From a virus (taxonomy: Duplodnaviria; Caudoviricetes), in the IMG/VR virus record IMGVR_UViG_3300020469_000060, positions 1 to 54,686 of that record: 54,686 nt of DNA; one strand, 5' to 3'. The translations under genes were made by a program, and so were the position numbers. Below the pieces are notes generated by a model that did not search any database, had not been told where the DNA came from, and saw only the letters and a list, made by a program, of their open reading frames with translations. Shown here one piece after another: positions 50,419 to 54,686 of the stretch (position 1 is its first letter; each line of letters opens with the position of its first letter).

Positions 50419-50460
50419 GAGTATTACATACAGAAAACTCAACATAAAACCCTCACGGGA

Positions 50461-51231
50461 TCAAATAATACGAGTCTTCTCATGACCTACACGAATACGA
50501 GGATCGCACCAGATCTCAAACCCTTTCTCCTTCGCATCTAAACAGAAACTTACATCCTCTCCACACATATCTTGCACACTCCCAGATTCAAATACTTGCA
50601 TCTTTGGTGCAAACCATGGATACTCTAAGTTCTCAAAGACTCCATTCTTAATGAGCACCCACCCAAAACCTGTGTAGTCTACAGTGAATGGCTTACGCCG
50701 CTTACTGATTGAATCCACTGTTTCGTGGTTCATTACTCCACCATTCTGACGGAAGTCTTCCTCCTCTAACCAATGTGCAACACTCGTAGTCTGACCATCC
50801 TCAGTGGCATACCATCCACCGACAATCTCTTTCTCAGTTCCGTCCTCTGCAATTGACATATCACATAGTTGCCAGAACTGATTACTATTAAACACAATAT
50901 CACTATCAATCCATAACTGATAGTCATACTTTAACTTACCATCCCATGGAACCTGATTCGGTCCACGTAATACATTCGCACCTAAACACTTACAACGTGC
51001 AAAGTTAACCATAGAAGAGTAATCTTGACTGATCTGAATACTCATTCCGTTCTGTACCATATCAAAGCACAGTTGCACGAAATTCTTTAAGAAGATATAA
51101 GAACACCCACGACCAGGAAGACAAAATACTACAGTCTTCCCACGCATTCTTTCCTTGATCGCATCGATATCCCAATCTGCTTTCTTCTCAACAGTTGGTG
51201 GTTTTGCTTTTACAGTGAATCCTTTTGCCAT
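50461..51231 (-). CDS. GT-A fold (GT2-like) glycosyltransferase
   Basis: VNFAR, YDYQLWIDSDIVF (DxD), VDYTGFG..LIK..VFE.L.YPWF and GEDVSFC...GFEIW.DP..RVGH motifs. Confidence 0.8.
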   Translation of the reverse strand: MAKGFTVKAKPPTVEKKADWDIDAIKERMRGKTVVFCLPGRGCSYIFLKNFVQLCFDMVQNGMSIQISQDYSSMVNFARCKCLGANVLRGPNQVPWDGKLKYDYQLWIDSDIVFNSNQFWQLCDMSIAEDGTEKEIVGGWYATEDGQTTSVAHWLEEEDFRQNGGVMNHETVDSISKRRKPFTVDYTGFGWVLIKNGVFENLEYPWFAPKMQVFESGSVQDMCGEDVSFCLDAKEKGFEIWCDPRIRVGHEKTRII

Positions 51232-51254
51232 AAATCGAAATTACTTTCAGTTCA

Positions 51255-51283
51255 ATTCTAGTCTATTATGTAGTCTTTGTCAA
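51255..51283 (-). promoter_or_regulatory. Sigma70-type promoter for the glycosyltransferase
   Basis: TTGACA-17 nt-TAGAAT. Confidence 0.8.
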
Positions 51284-51468
51284 TCAACCACTTTACACCT
51301 ATACGTTAAATCACTCTCTGTATACTCTGTCTTCATAAGTCCTACCATACCAGTTAGTTGTGCCCAAGTAACCTGAAACATTTCTTCTGGTAGATTGGCA
51401 TACACACACTCATCCTTAATGTAAATACTGTAAACCGTTTTCAAAAATATACCTCCGAGGGTTTTCAC
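51280..51468 (-). CDS. Small hypothetical protein
   Basis: 62-aa ORF on the coding strand; the start is uncertain. Confidence 0.6.
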   Translation of the reverse strand: MKTLGGIFLKTVYSIYIKDECVYANLPEEMFQVTWAQLTGMVGLMKTEYTESDLTYRCKVVD

Positions 51469-51471
51469 TAT

Positions 51472-51654
51472 CTATAACAGCGCAACTACTATCATACCCA
51501 CTAATATAAACAGTAGATACTTCCCCACACCACTCCATAATAACATAAACACATTATAAAAAACCCGCGCAGTCACATACGTGAAAACTACACGGGGCAC
51601 ATTCCAATACGACCTTTCAGGGCGTTTTTCAAACCGCAAATTTTTTTCTCTCAC
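51472..51654 (-). CDS. Small putative membrane protein
   Basis: Hydrophobic C-terminus LLFILVGMIVVALL; GAGG upstream of a GTG start. Confidence 0.55.
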   Translation of the reverse strand: MREKNLRFEKRPERSYWNVPRVVFTYVTARVFYNVFMLLWSGVGKYLLFILVGMIVVALL

Positions 51655-51805
51655 ATCGACCTCACAGGCACTTTTTACATATCAAAAAAATTTTTAAGTC
51701 AACTTGATATCACTCTCGCGTTTTGTCACATCTGTAGGTTAGGGTAGTTACGCTTTTTTATATACGCCCCCCGCGCCCCATAAAACGCTGTTATTTCACA
51801 CTGTC

Positions 51806-51844
51806 ATCCTAACACATACGGGGGAGACTGTCAAGAACTCCCCC
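51806..51844 (-). promoter_or_regulatory. Sigma70-type promoter with its -35 box in a stem-loop
   Basis: TTGACA-17 nt-TAGGAT with a TG extension; GGGGGAG/CTCCCCC stem at 51820-51826 and 51838-51844. Confidence 0.75.
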
Positions 51845-51851
51845 ACTAATA

Positions 51852-52115
51852 TCAGACCCCAAAGTAACAATCTCTGTTGATTTCTGTGATGTTAACTTTG
51901 GGGTCATTCCACTTAACACCATCAGGGGTCTCAAATGTGTCCTCCGTGATACATCCCTGCAGCGCATCTACGAAGGTTTCATAATCACCTGCAACACGCG
52001 CAAGATCATACAGAGCCTCATCATTACCAATCCAGAGAGCAACATTCCAGGTCTCGTAATTTGTCCAACCGTTGTAACGTGTGTCGGTGAGATTTGTCTG
52101 AAAGGTGGCGGTCAT
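51852..52115 (-). CDS. Early hypothetical protein (YNGWTNYETWNVALWI.NDE family)
   Basis: Distinctive Trp-rich motif and TPDGV.W; follows repeat R1. Confidence 0.85.
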   Translation of the reverse strand: MTATFQTNLTDTRYNGWTNYETWNVALWIGNDEALYDLARVAGDYETFVDALQGCITEDTFETPDGVKWNDPKVNITEINRDCYFGV

Positions 52116-52133
52116 GTGGGTTGCGTGTGTGCC

Positions 52134-52165
52134 TACACTACTGAGACACTTTAGAGGCTTCAGTT
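52134..52165 (-). repeat. 32-bp intergenic repeat R1 (putative early promoter element)
   Basis: Minus strand AACTGAAGCCTCTAAAGTGTCTCAGTAGTGTA; identical to R2 and R3. Confidence 0.95.
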
Positions 52166-52173
52166 AATAAACC

Positions 52174-52350
52174 TCACCAGGTATCGGGTGTACTTAGCGA
52201 CTCAATATATGCCTCGCAATGTTCTGACCCTTCCAAACCGAAGAGTTTATCCCAGTCAATATCGTGCGGATTAAAATCACCCAGAGCATCAATCTCTAAG
52301 GTGATGCGATACTTACTCTTCGTTGCCTGCTGATAGATTGTGGGAGACAT
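52174..52350 (-). CDS. 58-aa hypothetical protein (not in ORF track)
   Basis: MSPTIYQQATKSKYRITLEIDALGDFNPHDIDWDKLFGLEGSEHCEAYIESLSTPDTW; promoter and GAGG upstream. Confidence 0.8.
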   Translation of the reverse strand: MSPTIYQQATKSKYRITLEIDALGDFNPHDIDWDKLFGLEGSEHCEAYIESLSTPDTW

Positions 52351-52375
52351 TGGAGAACCTCTGTGATACCTTGTT

Positions 52376-52404
52376 ATTATACTTGGAGATTGGAAATATG
52401 TCTA
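52376..52404 (-). promoter_or_regulatory. Sigma70-type promoter
   Basis: TAGACA-17 nt-TATAAT. Confidence 0.75.
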
Positions 52405-52442
52405 GCGACCTAAGTCCTATTTAGAAACTGTCACGGCGGTTC

Positions 52443-52471
52443 TTGACTTTTGGGCGGAGTGATGATAGACT
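52443..52471 (+). promoter_or_regulatory. Plus-strand sigma70-type promoter firing into the non-coding block
   Basis: TTGACT-17 nt-TAGACT, with a TG extension before the -10 box. Confidence 0.6.
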
Positions 52472-52499
52472 GCGGGCCAAGATGACTATAAATTCACAC

Positions 52500-52735
52500 A
52501 TTAAAAGAGACCTTTATAGTCAATAAGATAAGACCTTTATGAGGGTCTTTAGAGGGTCTTCAGAGTTACTTAGGAGATGCTTCTGAGTATACTTAAAGAG
52601 GTGTTTTCCACAGTAATCAACACAATTGTGGAAAACATTGTGGAAAACGATAAACAACGCAAATATATTTAAAATAACATTTTTAATAGAAAAACACCTT
52701 GATTTTGTATATATTCGATGAAAAAAGGTGTGATT
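52500..52735. other. Origin-like non-coding region (short repeats, three TTTTCCACA boxes, AT-rich tract)
   Basis: TTTTCCACA at 52604-52612 (+) and at 52627-52635 and 52639-52647 (-); AT-rich tract at about 52661-52694; AGACCTTTAT twice and GAGGGTCTT twice. Confidence 0.5.
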
Positions 52736-52806
52736 TGGGATATATCGGTGGTCTTACACATATCAGGGAGGACACCACAACCAATCCCCTCAGATGCCAT
52801 CTTCTT

Positions 52807-52836
52807 AGTATAACATAGGCAACATACTTACGTCAA
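52807..52836 (-). promoter_or_regulatory. Sigma70-type promoter firing leftwards into the non-coding block
   Basis: TTGACG-18 nt-TATACT with an extended TGn -10. Confidence 0.65.
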
Positions 52837-52846
52837 TCATACTGTA

Positions 52847-52987
52847 TCAAACGCGAGTAGGATTACCTTGATAATCTACCATCTCTCCCTTGTTATCTTC
52901 ATCAGCAATCACATCCAGAATAGAAAGGATTTCATTTCCGTTGTTACCTTGCTTAAGGAGTTCGATTGCAGTTTGTTGGTTGAACAT
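52847..52987 (-). CDS. 46-aa hypothetical protein (not in ORF track)
   Basis: MFNQQTAIELLKQGNNGNEILSILDVIADEDNKGEMVDYQGNPTRV with an AC-rich leader. Confidence 0.7.
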   Translation of the reverse strand: MFNQQTAIELLKQGNNGNEILSILDVIADEDNKGEMVDYQGNPTRV

Positions 52988-53080
52988 TTGGATAAGAAAG
53001 TGTTGTTTAGTAAATGGGGTTGTTGTTAATCTAGGACTTACCGATGCAATGCTAACGTGCCTAGATTGTTGGATTAAGTG

Positions 53081-53278
53081 TTAGTCTAGCAGATGAGGAT
53101 AATACTCTTGGACATCTTCAATCAATTCATCGACTGTTAGTTTGTCAATATCATTTGAGAGATAATCATATAACATTGCCAGACAATCTTTTAGGTCTAA
53201 ACCATCAATTACCTCTTGCACATAATTGTTTTGAAGTTCATCTCTATCGATGATGTTTGTTGTTGTAGATGTGTTCAT
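53081..53278 (-). CDS. Small acidic early hypothetical protein
   Basis: 65 aa ending EL..DV.EYYP.LL. Confidence 0.8.
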   Translation of the reverse strand: MNTSTTTNIIDRDELQNNYVQEVIDGLDLKDCLAMLYDYLSNDIDKLTVDELIEDVQEYYPHLLD

Positions 53279-53283
53279 TGGAA

Positions 53284-53469
53284 TTAAAATGCGTAAGTTT
53301 GATTGATTGCGTCAGACTTAAATCGTCGGCACAGTTTAAACAAGAGTTTTAAGTCGTCTGTGATTACATATCGGAATGAGGATGATTCGATAATGAAGTG
53401 ATCATCTTCCAACCATATTTGTGGAAGTTGTTTCTTGTAGATTGGAACATTAAGTAACTGAGTGTTCAT
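53284..53469 (-). CDS. Small early hypothetical protein
   Basis: Track ORF 53284..53496; the start at MNTQ (53469) is preferred because it avoids overlap with the upstream gene. Confidence 0.7.
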   Translation of the reverse strand: MNTQLLNVPIYKKQLPQIWLEDDHFIIESSSFRYVITDDLKLLFKLCRRFKSDAINQTYAF

Positions 53470-53476
53470 TGTAGTA

Positions 53477-53824
53477 TCAGGCAAAGACATAACCATTAGT
53501 GAATGATTCAGTTTTAAATACTTTTTCAGTACCCATTTGACCGACGAACTTTCTTACAAACCACTGATAATTCTTTTGGAAAACTCCTTCTCCAGTGATA
53601 CAAAACTCATCACAAAGTGCATTCAGTCTGCTCTTTGTTGTAACTGACTGATAACCACCATCAAAGATTGTCATAGAGTCATCATCTATCTCTGCAATCT
53701 TATTGCCGTGGAGACGTACAATAGAAACGTTTTCTTCCTCATTAAAGTGAACAGTTGTGTTTGCATTTGACCAGTTTTGATTGTTGTGAATAGCAGCAAT
53801 CATTTGGGATTCGATTTTTCTCAT
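53477..53824 (-). CDS. Early hypothetical protein (MRKIE..M..AI, V.LHGN.IA, GG..S.TTKSRLNA family)
   Basis: 115 aa; follows repeat R2. Confidence 0.85.
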   Translation of the reverse strand: MRKIESQMIAAIHNNQNWSNANTTVHFNEEENVSIVRLHGNKIAEIDDDSMTIFDGGYQSVTTKSRLNALCDEFCITGEGVFQKNYQWFVRKFVGQMGTEKVFKTESFTNGYVFA

Positions 53825-53848
53825 TTTGGTTTGGAGGGTTGTGGTGCT

Positions 53849-53880
53849 TACACTACTGAGACACTTTAGAGGCTTCAGTT
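53849..53880 (-). repeat. 32-bp intergenic repeat R2
   Basis: Identical to R1. Confidence 0.95.
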
Positions 53881-53881
53881 A

Positions 53882-54088
53882 CTATACCTCTGCTTTTAGT
53901 AAGTTACAACAACGATCTGCTTCTTTCAGTACATCATCATCTAATTCATCCCATTCGACATACTCATATGCCCCGCGATTTGTTTCATAACTACCATCTT
54001 CATAAAGGGGATGATACATTAAAAGAGTTTGATGATTGCCATCTAATGTATACGTGCAACCGTTAGTTTGTGAAATTAAAAATACCAT
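53882..54088 (-). CDS. Small early hypothetical protein
   Basis: 68 aa; its stop abuts R2. Confidence 0.75.
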   Translation of the reverse strand: MVFLISQTNGCTYTLDGNHQTLLMYHPLYEDGSYETNRGAYEYVEWDELDDDVLKEADRCCNLLKAEV

Positions 54089-54119
54089 AGTTTTGAGAAT
54101 AAATGTGATTTAGTAGTGT

Positions 54120-54308
54120 TTAGAAAGGATTAGTCCAGCGATCATATTGTGAATCCGTGATAACACCATCCTTACAAAGATAATCCGTATAATTATTCCA
54201 TTCTTCGCGTTTGGCACATACATCACCTTTGAAAGATGGTTCGTTTTCAATCACATCTGCCCACAATTGGCGGAAATCAGATAGGACTTGAACTTTGGTC
54301 ATTTTCAT
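54120..54308 (-). CDS. Small early hypothetical protein (D..AKRE.W..Y.D.LCKDG.IT..QY..W.NPF family)
   Basis: 62 aa; follows repeat R3. Confidence 0.85.
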   Translation of the reverse strand: MKMTKVQVLSDFRQLWADVIENEPSFKGDVCAKREEWNNYTDYLCKDGVITDSQYDRWTNPF

Positions 54309-54346
54309 AATACTTTTGTTTGTGTGGTGTGGTGGGTGTGTGTCCT

Positions 54347-54378
54347 TACACTACTGAGACACTTTAGAGGCTTCAGTT
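54347..54378 (-). repeat. 32-bp intergenic repeat R3
   Basis: Identical to R1. Confidence 0.95.
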
Positions 54379-54379
54379 G

Positions 54380-54514
54380 TTATTTCTTTGTGATGTGGCA
54401 CCAACGTAATGATTTTGGTGCTTTATGTGCTTTCAATTTAGTCACCTTAACTTTTAAACCTGCATTGTTAAGATCTTCTGCAATTTGAGTGAGGTTTGTG
54501 AGACTTGCGTTCAT
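54380..54514 (-). CDS. 44-aa basic hypothetical protein (not in ORF track)
   Basis: MNASLTNLTQIAEDLNNAGLKVKVTKLKAHKAPKSLRWCHITKK; fits exactly between R4 and R3. Confidence 0.7.
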   Translation of the reverse strand: MNASLTNLTQIAEDLNNAGLKVKVTKLKAHKAPKSLRWCHITKK

Positions 54515-54530
54515 TTGGTTGGGTTCTGTT

Positions 54531-54559
54531 ACTACTAGGACACTTTAGAGGCTTCAGTT
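54531..54559 (-). repeat. Variant repeat R4
   Basis: Minus strand AACTGAAGCCTCTAAAGTGTCCTAGTAGT; 27 of 29 positions match R1. Confidence 0.92.
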
Positions 54560-54560
54560 A

Positions 54561-54686
54561 CTATGCCTCTGCAAGTTCTTGTTGTTGTAACATCAATTGC
54601 TCCTCTGTAACCTCATCCACACAGTCTTGAATCACAGTGTAGATGTAATCTATCTGACCAACATCATCAAAGATACGTGCAACAAG
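54561..54686 (-). CDS. 3' end of an acidic hypothetical protein (truncated by the window edge)
   Basis: ...LVARIFDDVGQIDYIYTVIQDCVDEVTEEQLMLQQQELAEA*; its stop abuts R4. Confidence 0.7.
   Translation of the reverse strand, partial: LVARIFDDVGQIDYIYTVIQDCVDEVTEEQLMLQQQELAEA

Noticed and set aside
51660-52846. tRNA genes in the non-coding blocks
   Set aside because: No cloverleaf or T-loop GTTCRA with a matching acceptor stem was seen.
53849-53884. Repeat as an integron attC site (starts with AAC next to a stop codon; ACTGAAG/CTCAGT bulged stem)
   Set aside because: Too short for attC, no closing GTTRRRY, R4 breaks the stem, and no integrase lies in the window.
52890-54488. Plus-strand ORFs 52890..53084 and 54288..54488
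   Set aside because: They overlap better-supported short minus-strand ORFs and repeat R3.
52134-54559. 32-bp repeats as a CRISPR array
   Set aside because: The intervening segments are about 150, 466 and 1683 bp, are protein-coding and vary in length; no cas genes are present.

Overview
This 54.7-kb window comes from a T4-like marine cyanomyophage (Kyanoviridae-type; Synechococcus or Prochlorococcus host inferred from gene content and order). Essentially all real genes lie on the minus strand. In transcription order (right to left) the window holds: (1) an early/accessory region (about 51.3-54.7 kb) of tiny ORFs punctuated by four copies of a 32-bp repeat, plus a ~490-bp non-coding block with three TTTTCCACA boxes, an AT-rich tract and convergent sigma70-type promoters; (2) a glycosyltransferase and conserved hypotheticals; (3) the baseplate module (gp25, gp6, a 4393-aa gp7-like protein, gp8, a 2503-aa VrlC/DUF4815-like protein); (4) neck and tail genes gp13, gp14, gp15; (5) terminase gp16 and gp17 separated by two large hypotheticals; (6) gp18-gp23 and gp3; (7) uvsY, uvsW, gp55, gp47 and the start of gp46. 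Late genes carry T4-type NATAAATA promoters. The most notable observations are the origin-like non-coding block, the repeat-delimited early gene cassettes, a 558-aa basic ORF that looks like a gp21-processed polyprotein, an unannotated 58-aa NblA-like ORF, and several promoter/hairpin overlaps. No tRNA, rRNA, CRISPR, intron or intein was recognised. Gene calls rest on motif recognition and synteny, not database searches.
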